Assembly (NCBI GenBank): GCA_905178155.1
Contig: CAJINV010000003.1
Span: forward strand, 6,415,985-6,479,984
Source: Amoebophrya sp. A120
Lineage: Eukaryota; Protista; Dinoflagellata
Reading direction: 5' to 3'
Length of the DNA: 64,000 nt
Of this stretch, positions 1 to 14,430 are shown in pieces. Numbering within the stretch: position 1 is the first letter of the stretch; each line of letters opens with the position of its first letter. The notes under the pieces are model-generated. The model was not told the origin of the DNA. It saw nothing but the letters and a program-made list of their open reading frames with translations, and searched no databases. Made by a program: the position numbers and the translations under genes.

Positions 1-228
1 CCACTAGCTGAACCAACGAGAGTCATTCTGATTTTTATTTACTTGTATCCCAGCAGAGTATCGCATTTTGCAAAGCGACAGTCGTGTGACGCGAGAGAAG
101 CGGCGTGTGGGAATCATGCAGTGAGTAAAATCCTACCATGATATGTGCTACACTATTCTTCCTTTGGTGATGGTATCCACTATTGTGACAGTGCCGTAAG
201 CACGCATACACTACGAAAAAAAAAACAG

Positions 229-486
229 CTAACGCTGCCGCCCTACCCAGACTTCGCACCACCAGCAGGATTGTTGCGACTGGATGGCACGCTGGATGTG
301 ACGGATTTCTACTACCGGTATCTCAGCGTAAACGACACGGCAACAGTGGAGAAAGCCGGCGGAACATGGAGCAGCGGTGCGGAAGGCAGAAAAGGGCATC
401 TCGTTTTATGGACATGGAGCGCGTTTGTCGTCAGTGTTGCCGTGATCTTTGCAAGCAGCACTTCTAATCTCTTCGTCTGCCTCTAA
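229..486 (+). CDS. Last exon of a gene starting upstream of the window; hydrophobic C-terminus (TM or GPI-type signal)
   Basis: A-rich acceptor aaaaaaaaaacag ends at 228; open frame LTLPPYPDF...FVVSVAVIFASSTSNLFVCL* to TAA at 486. Confidence 0.5.
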   Translation, partial: LTLPPYPDFAPPAGLLRLDGTLDVTDFYYRYLSVNDTATVEKAGGTWSSGAEGRKGHLVLWTWSAFVVSVAVIFASSTSNLFVCL

Positions 487-1432
487 GTACTAGCTGAATA
501 CGACGTCATGGAGTACTTCTAGTGTCTCATGTCATTTTGTTAGCTGAGTGGTCTGAGTGAGTCTAAGTGCGTAAGTGAAGAACTTTTTTCAAAAGAGCTA
601 GTAAGTAATGCTTATTTGCAAAAAATAAATATCGAATACTAGAAAACGAAAAAGAACGGAAGAAACCGATCATGAAAATATAGGTGACTGAAATTGCCAG
701 GAAGCATTCGAATTGCAAATCGTCTAGCAAGATAGGAAGGAACGTTCCCTAGTGAGAAATTGTCAACCAATGCGGCGTGTGCTTGCATTGCGCAGCGATA
801 GAAGGAAAGCAGGTTTGCTGCGCATCCATTGCAGCGAATGAGACTTCTGCAAATAAATCTTGCGAGCGCGCTTCCTAGATCTCTCTGTGCAAACTTGATA
901 GACTCGTATGATCTTCCGGTCGTCACGTCAAGATGTGGAACAGAGATCAAAAGCGCACGATCTGGGTCGCAGAGATCAAAAGCACGCGGTCTGAAGTCTG
1001 AAAGAATGATCCCCGCGCAACCACACCGCTGAGATCTTGTTGACAAACAAACTGCATACACAATGTTCCCGCTGATCCAAATCTCACTTCGATCGAAAGC
1101 TGTCAAGACGCAAGCGCAACGGTCGTTGCGCAGAGTTGATGTAGGCGTTTTTACCATAAAGTTTCATGAAGCCTCGTCATCGTCTGGTAATATCACAGTA
1201 GCTTTTGCTTCATGCCCTACTTATCGACACAGGTTCTAGAAAATTATAGTGGTAAAGCGCCCTTTATTTTTGTGCATGCAATCGGAGCATATCCATAACC
1301 AACGTATGTGAAGTTTATTGAGACAAATAAATCGTTTATCTCTTCATCTGATGCTGAAACTCGTACAATAAGAAGCCGGCCTGCGGACGAACGTATAAGT
1401 GTCATCCCCGCATCAAGACGAAAGCTCTGTCG

Positions 1433-4400
1433 ATGATGACGTCCTCAATCCTGCAACAGCAGCTGCTCCGGTTGCGCGAGGCGCACCCGACCACGTCTCG
1501 GTCGCTGAAGGCCGGCAAAAGCAAGGCGGCGTTCACCTTCCGGCAGAAGGACTTTACCTCGGCGCAGGAGCGGGCGGAGTACTTTTCGGAGATCAAGGAG
1601 CACTCGCTGGAAATCTTCCACGAGGTCCAGGCGCTCGATCCGGAGTTCGCGCAGTTTGAATCCCTGTTCCACCTGAATCAGAAGCAGCGCCAGTTTCTGA
1701 CGCCCGAGGAGATCAAAAATCGGGATGGACTGGTGGAAAAGTTCCTCCTCCTGCTCTCCCCGTTCCTGGCCTCCTCCGAGGTCGCCGTGGTCCTGCTGGA
1801 CCTGGTGGTGGACACGTTCGAGTGCTGCAGTTTCCACCTGGACGCCCTGCTGCAGTGCCTGTTGCCCTACCACGATCTGCACCAGTTCGCGCGGCTGTTG
1901 CAGGTGCTGGAAAACATCCCGTCGAACAGCCGGTGGCTCTTCCTGGCGGACCTGAAAAAAAACCAGTTTGGACTGAAGCGACAGGTGCTCGTCCACATGT
2001 GCCGGAAAGATGCCTCCTTGCTGCAGTTTCTGTGCGACAGCGTGCGGAAGTACGTCAAATGGTTCAAGCGAGTCCACCAACCCATGGTATACATAAACCA
2101 CTTAGTCGGGGTCTCTAATTTCTTTTCCAATAAATGGCGGAAACTGTTGTACCCTGTAGTGTCCAATATTTCTAGGTTTTATCGCAAGACGGAATTAATT
2201 ATTGCTTAGATGTGCGGCACAACAATTCATGAGCAATTCAGTAGGGAGCTTTGAGAAAGAAAAAAAAAAAGAAAAAATATTATAACAGGCCACTCTTCTC
2301 ACCGCCGTGGCGCTCGAAATTTTCAACGAGGACTTTGCGCGCAACAATGCGAAGGCCGAGCGAGCGCTCCGCCCTTTGGCGCCTTTTCTCATCTTTGGTC
2401 TGCAGAGCCCGCACCTGGAGGACCTGTTCGGCTGCAGTCTGACAATCGCGTGTCATTTGCTGTGCACCCTCGCCCACGACCACGTCGTGAGCCCGGTGAA
2501 ACTCGCGCTCACAGCAGCTCGTCACGTGCGAAATCACAGTACAGGAGAAGGAGATTTCCTTGACGGAAGCTTATCGGGAAGCAGCACGACGCAGCAAGTG
2601 CTGGCGTACGTCGAGTTGATTTTCTATCAGTTCTTTCACGCCGACCTGTTGACTGCGGCGGCAGACAAAGGCATGCGAAACGTCATGCTATTGTTTCCGG
2701 ATGCGCTACTCCAGCAGTACTGTTCTGCAACGGGAAGCAGGAGCGCCATGGAGAATAGCCCCAGTACCTTGCTCCAGCTGTGGTGCCTGTGCCAGATGAC
2801 AAGTTGTACGTCCTCTACTTCTACACCGTCCAGAGGCGGCGCGGCGCCCTTCCCCGCTGTCCAGAAGCTCTTGAAAACTGCCAACCACCTGGAGGTGCGT
2901 GCGCTGAGCAGCGCGATTTTCGTGCGTTTCTTCCAACTGGCTTGCGAAAATGAATCGACGCCGGCTTCGGAAGATAAAAACGGAGAGGCGGGACCGAGCC
3001 CCAAAGACATGCTGGTCCAGCAGTTGGCCGTTTTGCTGCGCCAGTGCAACCGGGCGCACCCGGTGACGGTAGGCCAGCAGATTACGCACGTGCTGCAAAA
3101 GCTACCCGCCGCCGGAGAGAGTCAAGTTTTGAAGTCGGTTTTCACGGAATTCGTCGGAGAAGCTTGTGAGCTCCTGGCCGTACAGGAAGCTGAAGGGGAA
3201 CGGGAGCAGACGGCGAATAAGAAAAACACTGAGGAGAAGAAAGTTCCGGTCTTCCGAGCACTCAGCCACACGTCAGCAGCGATGCGCAAACTCGGGGTAG
3301 CTCGCGTCGTGTCCCAGGTGAAAGCGGCATTGTTGCGAACATCGGAGCTCTCGCCTGCAGAGAGGACGGGGAGCGTTCAAGACGGCGCTCCAAAGGGGAG
3401 CAAGCTGCGGTCACTGATTCTGTTGCTGGTCCAGCGACTCCACGACGAGGATCCAGCTGTTTTGGACGAGGTGCTCACGGGGGACAACACGTTTTGGGAA
3501 TCTGTCTTTGCACAGAAAGTTCTGAACGCCGCCGAAACTGCAGCGGTTGCACGGGTCGCGTTGCTGCTGTTGCAAGCGGAATGTAGCACCGGCGTGCGGG
3601 AGAAAGACGCACTGTTTGCTCTCGCACCGGACAAGAGCAAGACGAAGGACGTGGGAGCGGGGGCGGTTGGCAGCGCGGACCGCTCTAAGGAGGAGGCGGG
3701 GAGGAACAAGCGGATCATCCAACTGGTATACCTGCTGTCGGGCGCTATGGACGAGGAAGGTTTTGAAGCGGCGGACTTCCGCGCGTTGCGTCTCCAGGTG
3801 AAGCCCTTGATTCTTTTGCTGCAGACCCGGGAACAAGCCGGCGGTGCCGAGCGGAAAAATCTTTCGGCGTTCAGTCCGCAGGAGCAACCTGCAACACTAC
3901 TCGTCGCGCTGCGGGAACTGTTGCAGTTCAGCGAAGGGATCATGCAGCAACAGACGCAGGACACCGTGGGCCTGAGCGGAAGCCTGTTACCGCCGCTCCT
4001 CGGTATTCAAGCTATGGTCAAGAACTGCGTGTCGTGTTTGAAAGAGAACGACGAGAAATCGGCTGTCGAAGAACGACCGGAGGAGCTCTTGGACCTTTTG
4101 GAGCGTTGCGTCCTTTCCACCCAGTGCGGTGTCTTCCTGGAGGATCACAAAGCCATCGCGAAAGGCTTCTCGCAACTACTCAGCTACCTGGCGAACGACC
4201 ACGCGGGCAAGAACTCGGAACACGTTCAGAAGATTGTCCTTCGTATCGCCTTGTCCTTTCCCAAGCGGTTCAAGACTTGTCTTGAGCAGATGGTGAAAAA
4301 TGAAAGCAGCATGCAAGCGCGCAAGCACATCCATGCGTTCGCGTTCCGAGGTGGCGAGACCGCTCGGGTCCGGGCGCATGCCCTGCTTCTGCTGTCGCGC

Positions 4401-7400
4401 TTCGCCGAACAGGAAACAGCATATGCGCTCGAGACCATCGTCTCGCTGTTGCCGCTGCTCGGCGCAGAGTCCGCGGACGTGCGCCGGGCCGCCTTCCAGT
4501 ATCTACGAGCAACGAGACAGGGCGGGAAAGTGACGACCTCGGAAACCGAACCCGAAGCCGCCGCCTTGTTCGGATACAACGTGCAGCACTGGACCGTGAA
4601 CAAAACGTCTTTCGGCGTGACTTCGACGGAAAAAGAGCAGAAAAAATTAATCGACAAGCTCTTGGAGAACCAGACCGCGGTAGAGCAAGACCCGGCCTTC
4701 TTGGCGGAAACCGTGCGTGCCTTTCTGGAGGCCCGATCAAGTGGCGAAAAAAACACGACTTCTTCTCTTCCTTTGTCAATTGCCCTCCTGGCCACTGCGC
4801 TGGAGACGTCTCAGCGGGACGCCTTCCCGTGGACGAGTCTTCCGCGTGACGCGGTCCTCTCATCTTTCAAAGCCAAGTTCCATCCGATTGCGGTCGCGAA
4901 AGAGCAGACGGTAATCGCCGATCACAGTCGGACCGTTGCTATTCTTTGCGAGAAGTTGCTGCTGCGATCCACGGAGGCCATGACGGAGGGGGAGCGCGAG
5001 GGCCAGTCGCCCATGTCCGAGGCGATCACTTTTGTGGCAGAGCAAAATTGCACTTTCGCCCTTGATGTTGAAGAAGAAACGAAGATGAAACAGCAGGTCA
5101 ACGCGGCGGAGAAGTTGTTGACGCCAGCTGGCGTTGCGGTGATCGCGGAAGCGTTGGGGCGGTTCGTGAAGGAGCCACGGTTCGACATTTTGCTGCACTG
5201 GAGCGTGCAGCTCGCGACCACCCAGAAGAGCACCTGCTCGGAGAAGATCCGTGACCGGGTTCAGTCCAGCTTTTTCGAAGCGCCGTGCCGGGTGAAAGAT
5301 CTGCAGTCCGTGATTCTGCAGAGCTTACCACGGTATAAAAATGCGGGCAGCACGCAAGAACTGACACTGGCTGCGTCGTTGCTGCAAAGGAAAACCCAAG
5401 AGCTCTGCGCGGTTTGGAAAAAGGAGGAGGAGGCGATCGAGCAGCATTTGGAGGAGGTGTGCGATTTACTGCAAGGAGTTCTACCGGCGTTCCAAGAGCT
5501 GATCAACGAGAAGTCCGACCAGACGCCGGACCTAACGTCCAGCTTGTGCAACCTGCTTCTGTCCGTCCTGGAGCACGCGACGTTCGTGGGCGAAGAGTCC
5601 AATCAAGCGGGGCACCTGATGATGAAGCTGGATGGTGCCCAAGTAAACGCGTGTAACGCGCTGCAGGCTGTTGCAAAAAGCAGTGCGCAGAATTCTCTTC
5701 AGGCCAGCAGCGGCACTACAGGAGCGATGAATACAACGTCTTCGTCCACCAAGCAAACCCAGAACCAGCACCAGCGGGAAATCATCAAAGTGCAGCCGGT
5801 GTCGACCACCGTCTTCGTCCACAACCTCCGGGCGGGGACGACGCTGCGGAAGAATCGGTTGCAGTCGTTGAAGCAGTTCCTGAAGAACTTCACGCCCTGC
5901 ACGGTGGACCCCTTTTTGCTGGCCGCCGCGGGCGCCACGCTGCGAAACTGCGTCGCCAAGCAGGGGCGGGCGGCCGGGATGTGCTTCCTGTACTACTTTT
6001 TCCAGTCGCTACGCCACGTGCCCAGTGCGTCCGTGGAGGAGATCGCTCGAGACGTGCTCGTGCACTACGCAAACCTCGCGGGGGAGATCGGCGCGGCTGT
6101 GGAGGAAACTGCGAACAGCGAAGACGAACTTTCCGAAGTAGACGCCCGCCGCGAGGAGACCACCACTCCCGACAACGATCCGCACGCCACGACCTTCGAT
6201 CTTGCAGCGGTGCTGCTTCCGTGGCTCGCCGCCTACGGGCAGACCAACGGCGCCGAACGGGTGCGGCTCGCGACCCAGGTGTTGCACGACTTCCACTTCG
6301 CCCACGCGCAACAAAAGTCAGACACGACACCGGCCCTTGGGCAGTTGGCTGCGTTACTACGCGACGGGGTGGCGGAGGTTGGCCGTCTGCAGTACTACCA
6401 AACAGCGCTAAATTACGCCAGCACTTTGGCGAAGCAGAGCCGCCGGAAAAGTTCCGCGGACGAAGGTAGCTCGAGTGTGGACGGTGGAGACGAGGGGCGG
6501 GCGGCGCAAGGTGTTCTTGACAACTGGAAGAATAAACGCGATGCGACGGAGACGTTTTTCGAGTACCTGTTCCGCGAGGAGGGGAAGGATCGGGGCAGCA
6601 GCTTGCAGAACCTGCAGATCACGGCGCCGGAGTTGTGCGTGCAGCTGACCGCAAGGTACCTCGTTCAGCACCAGGAGTTGGGCACCGCCTCGGCCGAGAG
6701 CATCAACCGTCTGGTGGAGTCGGTCCTCCTTGCGGAGTCCTACTTGTCGACAAGCGGCGGAGGCAATGGTACAACAATTTCAGCAGCAGAAGCAGGAGTG
6801 AGTAATTATACCCCGGCTCCTGCGCCGGCGCACCAACAGCAGACCGGCGGGGGCGCCAACAAGAAGATGAAGTTGTTATCCCCCCCCGTGAACAAGCGGC
6901 GTGTGTTGCTGCTCCGCCCTACGCAAGACGTGCGCAAAGCGGTATTCGCAAACCTGATCCAGAGCTGCACGGACGCCACCGGCCTGTCAATGTTGCCGCT
7001 GTACCAGGCATTGGAGCACGTGCTGCGAAATATTGCCGTTTCCAGGTCGGGCAGCAAGACGGACCTGCTCTATGTAACCCTCACGGCGGTCCTGGAAACC
7101 ATTCCAGAGATGACCTGGCGGTATGAAGCGGAAGAAGTGGAAGCAAGTACCGTGGTGCAAAATGCGGAGGACAAGAAGTCAACGACGGATGCTGAGCGGC
7201 AGAAGGGGAAGAAGAGGAAACTAGAGGAGGATGAGCAAGAAGCGGACCCGGATGTTGTAGAGTCGCTGAAAAGGATTGTTGCTCTTGTCGCACAAACGTG
7301 TTTGGCCAGCCCAGAAAATAATGAACAAGCTACCAGCAGCTGCACCGGAAATACGCCAGGTTCATCGCAGCGAAATCTTTTGTCGCGGAAGGCATTGCAC

Positions 7401-9341
7401 GACAAGGCCTGGCAGCTGCTCACGAAGATCCACCAGAGCGCCCCGCTGTTTCTGGCGTCTGTCTGCAGTGCTGAACTGTTGCCGAAAATTCCGCAACAGC
7501 TACACACAGAAACAGGTGGCAAGGCTTTGATCCCGAGTAGAGACTTGCTGCTTTTCGTCGCTGGCGCTGCAAAACAGATTCCGCGTAAGTTGCTGCTGCC
7601 GTCCCTGAATGGGCTTGTGGCGCCTTTACTTAGCTGTTTGCGACAAAACTCCGAGAGGGTGGCAGGGAGTACTGTTGTTACAAGCGGCACCGCCACCTCT
7701 TCGGCACTGGACGTGGTGTGCCTGGCCCTGTCCAACTTCGCAGCCTCGTGCGGTAAATATCTGACGAATTTCTTTTCGCAGTTGTTGGAGATCTACTTGT
7801 CCGCGGAGAACCCTCAGCAATTTGACGCTCTGCTGAAAACCTGGCTGCAGTCGCTTCCGTTTCGGGCTCTCCTGCCGCTGTTTCGCGACCAGGTGCGGAA
7901 CGCGAACAGCATGGAAACAGCACCGGGCGAAGCGACAACCGAGGCCGTGCGCAACTCGTGCAAACTGGCTTACCTGTTCCAGCACTTGATCGCAGAGACC
8001 AAGCCAGACGTCGTGGCTCCGTTCGCCACTGCGATCTTTGACGACGTCCTGGCTCCGCTCACGGACTTTTTCACGAGCTCTGCTGCCGGGGAGCGAAACT
8101 TGGAAATTACCGCGGGCATTTACGCGCAGTTTGCGCTGCGTCTGGAACTGAAGCAGTTGACCCCTTTCTGGGACGCGACACTGAAGACCGCGCGCAACGG
8201 CGCATCGGTGTTGATGGCAGACATTACCGAGGCACCAGCGGATGGGACCAGAACAGGAAGTGGAAAGCAGGTACTTAATGAATGATTCACCGCAGTAGAG
8301 TGTTGTAGTTTCTAACCATTGAAGATCGCGCGTTTTTTGTTGTTTTGGTATGCAAGAACGGTGTTGTGACAGTATATCATGTATGCAGCAAATTTTGTCA
8401 CCACATCATACTATCGGCAATTGTCACCACAACAGGATGCGTCGAAAGCAAATGCCGTCGCGCGACGCCGCGCGGTAGCTGTGTTTGAGAGTTTACGGGC
8501 GCTGGTCCACGAAGCAAAGGACATTGTGGCGGTGCCATTCCTGCGCAAGGTTGCCAAGGACGTCGCTCACGTTTTGCGAGAGGCGAAGCCCAAGAGAGCG
8601 GATGCCGCGATTTCCCGGACCAAGAAGAACCCGAAACGCGCGAAAAACGCGGACCTGACGACGGACGGGGCTTCGTACGACAAGACGCTGGTGGTTTCAG
8701 CGCTGGAAGCCGTCAAGGTATGTCTGGAAGCGCCCGCGGAGCCTTCTTTTGGGACTGAATTACTGACCGAACTGGCGACTCCCCTGCTGGAGTGGTTTGA
8801 CTTGCTGTGCACTAACCACGGACACACGTACAAGCGAGCAGGCGGAACGCGAACGCCGTGTGCCAGGCTGTATGAACTGCTGCAGGAACAACTGCAGCAT
8901 CAAGAGGGGACGAGGAGTACAACGAGTTCTACTACGCCAAGTGCAATAAAAACGACAACATGCACGGAAATAATGAATGCATCTGCTAGATCGCAAGCTG
9001 AACTTCCGGTTGAGCTTCTACTTCAGCAGACCGTGGTCGCCTTGGTGCACCAGCTCGCGGACGAAACCGAACGCAAGCAGGTGCTGTTATCGCTGCTGCA
9101 CAAGACCCAGGAACCGTCCGCTGGGGAGGCGGTGAAGGTGGCACTGCTGAAAACGGTGAAAGCGGTGTGGAAGAAGGAGAACTGCGGTGTCGTCACCTCG
9201 CTCTCCGACACCCTGCTGTTTGCGGTGGAGCTGCTGGAAGATGACTCGGAACTGGTGGAAAGACACACGAAGGAACTCCTCAAACTCGTGCAGACCATCA
9301 CCGGCGAAGATGTGCAGGCCTTGCTGAAGGAAAAGAGGTGA
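1433..9341 (+). CDS. UTP10: U3 snoRNA-associated protein 10 / HEATR1; exons 1433-2086, 2289-8270, 8436-9341
   Basis: N-terminus MMTSSILQQQLLRL...FLLLLSPFL...CLLPYHD...WLFL and C-terminal HEAT LSDTLLFAVELLEDDSELVE match the UTP10 family; two in-frame GT-AG introns (2087-2288, 8271-8435). Confidence 0.88.
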
Positions 9342-10416
9342 AAAAGAAGGTGTAGACACGAGGAGAAATAACGGGAAGCATTAGCTCTTCCGATGATGAA
9401 TTTGTGGTGACGAGTGTGGTGGATAAGAGTCGATGCAATTTTTACTAAGATCGACGCAGTAGATGGTACAATGTGGAAGGCGATTATTGGCTTCTTCCTT
9501 CTACCATGAAATGAGCAAGAAATAATGCAATTATGTCGCTCATGATAAGCTTACGCATCATCGTCCAGATTTTTATGATGTCAGTGAAGACCACTACATT
9601 CGCATTTCCAGTGCCTTTCAGTAGTTCGCATCAAACGGCATTTTTCCATTACGCGCGACTATCGTGAAGAATCTGATCGTTTCAGTGAGGTCACAAGTCG
9701 AAGATTAGGTTGACATCGCGATCGTGATAGCAGAGTCTCGTGAAGAGTGGATTTACTGAGTCGACACGGCAGCGAGCGAGGTGCAAGAGAAAAAATTTTT
9801 AGTCAGAGAGAACTGCGGTCTCGTCGGCTTTTCGCAGGACCTCATTGAAATCTAAAATACCCATTCAATGAATTTCTTACGTTGTCAATTCCCTTGTCCT
9901 AGACGCATTCTTGTACGTCCTCTGGCTACTAAGTATTGTCGCAGTTCTTGTCTTGTTGATCGATACTACACGCAGAGCTTTTTTGCAATTAATGCCCCTA
10001 CGACGCGTTGTCTTTGTGTACATTACTTCTTTGTGTTTGTATTGAAAATGAAAAATGACTCGTTTTTGCTGGAGGTTCCAAAAATGCAACCGTCTACACG
10101 ACGACCTCCGCGGCTTGCATAGTCTACTTCTACTTTGCCGTCGTGGGAAAAGCGGCAGTGCGTTTTTTCAAGAAGGTTTTTGATTGCAGAACTTTTTTTC
10201 CGTCTGGCGCGCATCGGGACGCAGACGTACCTCAAGAAGACGAAGAAGAAGATGCGATTCGGCGATTGGTACGCTGGAAAAGAAAAAGGAAAATAAAGAG
10301 CAACTCTTTGTGCTCGTGCAGGCCCAACGGCGGTGCGTTCGTTCCGGTCTCAGCTGCTCCTCGACGTGTAGCGTACTTGTTCGGGGGGACGATCCACAGT
10401 TCGTCGAGAAGAAGTC

Positions 10417-13400
10417 ATGGAGGAACCAGACGACCAGCAGCAGGCGGAGGCCGTCGAGGCGGCCCGGGCCATGATGGAAGGCTCCGCAGACGGGCCTTTT
10501 GGGGCGAGCAGCTCGGCAGCTGCGTCTTCGCGTCCGAAAACGTATCGACAAAAACTCAAGCCCGATGGGACCAAGATGAGCTTGGCGGAGATCCGTGCGC
10601 AGGCTGATTTGGACGAGGCCGCCGAGGCAGCCGAAGAAGAAGCCGAATACCAGAAGGCGCTGGAGAAGGCCAAGAGCAAAAAAGACGACATCGCTGCCGC
10701 AAAGCGTATTTATTTACTTAATCTGTGGTTTGTATGAAAAACTATGTATTCGAAAATAGCCTTTGAAATGATCCATCGCACGTATGTGTATGAATAGGAT
10801 AAGTACGTCGAGGACACAATCAATACGTCCATGACCTGTAGATGTGCTATCATTGTTTCGCCTCTGCCTGTTTTTCAATAGGGTCTTTTCGGTTGAAAAA
10901 TACAGAGGCGCGAGAGGACGCGAACAAGCCCTTCGAGGATCCCAGCCGACTGAAAGCTCCTTCGCTGAAGGCAAGAATTGGCTTGAAGGTTGTTTCGCGG
11001 CGAAAGAAAGACCCTACGGGACCCGGTGCGTTTCTACCGGAAGCTGCAGCGCCACAAGCAAAAGCCGGACCTTCCGCGCTCTCCAGCAGCGCCGGCGCCC
11101 CACCCGCGCTGCGACGGTCAGATTCGATGCAGTCCGACCTTTCGGCCACGGGGGGAAGTGCGTCAACCGACCAGCGCCCGCGGCTCCAACGCAGCGCGAG
11201 TGGATTGAGTGTGAGCAGCAAACGCAGCTCTAGGTCAGACGGTGACTCAGATTCCGAAAGCTCTGAAAGCGGTGGCACGGTATAGAAATCGAGTTTCTGT
11301 CTTTCACTGTTTCTATAGTACTTTGACGGTCCTGCGCCTGGCTATCTCCAATTTCTTGGTGCAGTCAGCATCTTCTAACTACTATGTTGGTTGTTCCCAC
11401 CAGTGAAGAAGGTGGCGCCCTGCGTTTTCGAATCTTTTTGTTTGCATGCTGAATTTGAAGACGAGAAAAAAAGTTTGCCCCTGAAATCGGAACAACGACA
11501 AATACAGAGCTCCGCAGACGAGGAGGCGCTACCGCTGCACATGCGAAAGACGGAAGGGGTGCGCGAGGGTCCCGCGCAAACCGCCGAGGAGTACCGCAAG
11601 GAGCACCTGGCCGGGATCGGCGATAAGAAGAGCGAGAGCAGCAGCGGCAGCGAGGACGAGGACAGCAGTTACGGAAGTTCCAGCGAAGAGGAGTCGTCCG
11701 AGGAGGATTTGGCCGCGAGCAGAAGACCGCAGAAGCAAGACATCCTTGACTGGCCACCCCCGGGGTTTCAGATGTTCCGCAAGTCCGTGATCAAGAACCT
11801 GGCTCAGATTTTCGGCGGGGTTTTCGTCGTGTACTACGGGCTGGTACTGTTCGGAATTATCTACTCGATCCTGTTGCAGGACACGAACTTCACGCTCATT
11901 AAGAAGCAGATCGCGGGGCACTTCGAGGGCAAGGCCTTCGAAAAGGTGCAGCTGCCCGTGCAGCACGGGCAGGCGCTGCTGAAGCAGGCCCGGACGTACC
12001 TGGACGTCACGCTGGAGGAGGACCTCGTGGAGTTCACCAACATGTTCCAAACCAAAGACACCCTCACCGCCGTGGTCTACATGCCGACCGGGCAGACGGG
12101 GCGCGTGCGCACCGTGAACGGCGCTGACCGGACCCGTCGTGTGCGCGTGGACTCGACGGAGGCCTTTCCGGTCCCGCTGTCGGAAGGCGCACTCAGCGTG
12201 CCCGAGCAAGTGTTCGCAAATTTCACGCAGGGCTGGCAGTGGGGCCAGGAGTGGAAGTGGTGGGCTAATATCGACGGCTTTCGCGGCCCCACCCCAGTCT
12301 ACACGATCTTCGAAAACACCCAGCTCTTCGGCCTGCTCATGATGACAATCGACTTCGATGCGAGCACCATTAACGACGAACTGTTTGATGTGCTTGAAGG
12401 CTTCGACATGAATGTACTTATTTTTCCCGATTTATTTGTTCCACTATGATTTGTTTAAGCAGAGGAATCAGTAATCTTCTTCGCAATTACAGCAACAAGC
12501 CGAAAAATACATAGGTGAACAAACGCAGTTTCTTCACAGAAGGAAACAAACGAAGACTGGAAAAAAAAAACAGGCGGAAGACTTCCCGATCAATGTGCAT
12601 GTGATCGTCGGCGAACGGGTACTTGCGAGCACCGGCACCGCCCCTTTGCCGCTGGGTAGCGCGGCGGTACCCGCGCCGAGCGACTGCACGTATAACGAGG
12701 ATACGGCGGTGATCCGCATCTGCGTTGAGCAAACTGGGCACTGGTTTGGGACCACGTTCCTGTTTGCAATGCAGGTTTTGATGTCGCTCACGCTGCTAAT
12801 TCCCTTCGGGCTGGCCGGGTACCTGATCCGCATCCGGCAACTGTGGGTGTCCGCGTCCCCGGACCTGCCGCACCGGTCCGAGGAGCAGCGCGAGGCCGCG
12901 ATGAGCAAACTCGCCCAGCTCCAGAAGCTGAAGGAGCGACTGGGCGGCACCACGACGGATCTGAACGCCTCGACCACTTCCATTCCGGGCCTCGGCCAGA
13001 GCTCCACCAGCATCGCCAGCATGATGTCGGGCACAGGCAGTCGGGAGAATCAGATGGACCTCTCGCAGTCCTTCAAAATGGTGCTCGAGTCCGCGTCGCT
13101 AGGTAAAAAAAACCAATGGTGTTTTATATAGAGAGCTATACATTAACTATTAACTCGTAAATCTAAATGCTAGGATTGTTACGGCTTTGCGCTTTCTATC
13201 TCTCAGCAGTCCACCAAAGTGAAGTCCTTCAGTGCGTGTCGTTTTTTTGATATCTTCTTTCTCGTCCCTGCACCCACGAGTTGTAGCTTTTTCCTCGTGC
13301 AGGACCCGTGCGCGCAGGTATCATCGATCGTCCCCTAAGTAGGAGCGCATGAAGCGATCCTCGAAACAACTGCAGGTGACACTGGCCGGTACTCCGCTAC

Positions 13401-13833
13401 GGGAGGTGTTGGCGGCAGTACGCTCGGGAGTGGCACGTCCAATTTTACCGAGAAGCTGCGGTCCCTGAATATTACCACTTTGAAGGAAGCCTTCCAGTTC
13501 GCTCTCGTCCTGGTCACTTTCACCGGCCGAATGCAAGCCGCCCGGTACGTCGAGAGCGACGACGCCGCGGAGAAGCAGCGCGGCCCCGTCATGCAGCGGA
13601 TTCAGTCGGCCTACGACAAGATCCGGGTGTCTCTGTTCGGCGAACCCATCGACGAGAACATCCGTGCGCAGATCGAACAGGAGCGGGCGGACCGGCAACG
13701 GCAGGAGTTCAAGCGGTCGCAGTCGATGGTGGGCGAAGAGTCGGGCCCGAAGGCCTTTCGCCGCTCGGGCACCATGCTCACAACCTCGCAATCGAGTAAA
13801 TCATCCTCACCAAGCGCATCCAGAACAAATTGA
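10417..13833 (+). CDS. Hypothetical membrane protein with two hydrophobic segments; exons approx. 10417-10705, 10906-11279, 11508-12413, 12574-13102, 13343-13833
   Basis: GC3-rich ORF pieces joined in frame by GT-AG introns; TM-like segments IFGGVFVVYYGLVLFGIIYSILL and FLFAMQVLMSLTLLIPFGLAGYLI; no family recognised; the last acceptor could instead be 13375. Confidence 0.65.
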
Positions 13834-14430
13834 TCTCGATAATAGAGGGATGGCGATCATGCTGGTATTTGCTTATACCGGCTGTATCCCGCGGCCCCAT
13901 GCACCAAAAAAAGAAAAGCCATACGAATATAATCACAAACGCGGTCGTGACTAGTAGCAGTCTTTGCGACCACGTGCTCGAAAACGTCGAGAAGTGTTTG
14001 CGCTCCACGTGTTCACTACCATTCTCTGTTTGCTGTGCACCATAATGACGACGGCGTTGGACAGTTCATTCAGAGACACAGCAGAGCTGGTGCGGCAATG
14101 TCGTGTGAATGGATACTAAACAAAATTTGAGGAGACGAGTGTGTGGCACAACAAAGACAAACAGACGCGTCTAATTCATTCTGTGCCGCTGCTGTAGAAG
14201 GTGCCCTTTGCCTTTTCTATGTTTTATGAGTGGAATTATAGAGAGCAAATGAGGTGAGAATGTTCCATATTACAAGCTTCTGAGGGTAGGTTCTCGACAC
14301 CTGCCAAGGGCAGACCGAAACGGAAACGCGATAGAGACATAGTTTCACCACTTTCTGTTTCTTTCTTGGTCCTCCCGGCTCAACGCAGCTGCCCGGAGCC
14401 CCAGAGGTGGGGGAGACGAAGAGAAAAGCC

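Noticed and set aside
940-990. Short direct repeat cagagatcaaaagc
   Set aside because: Two copies only, with no further structure
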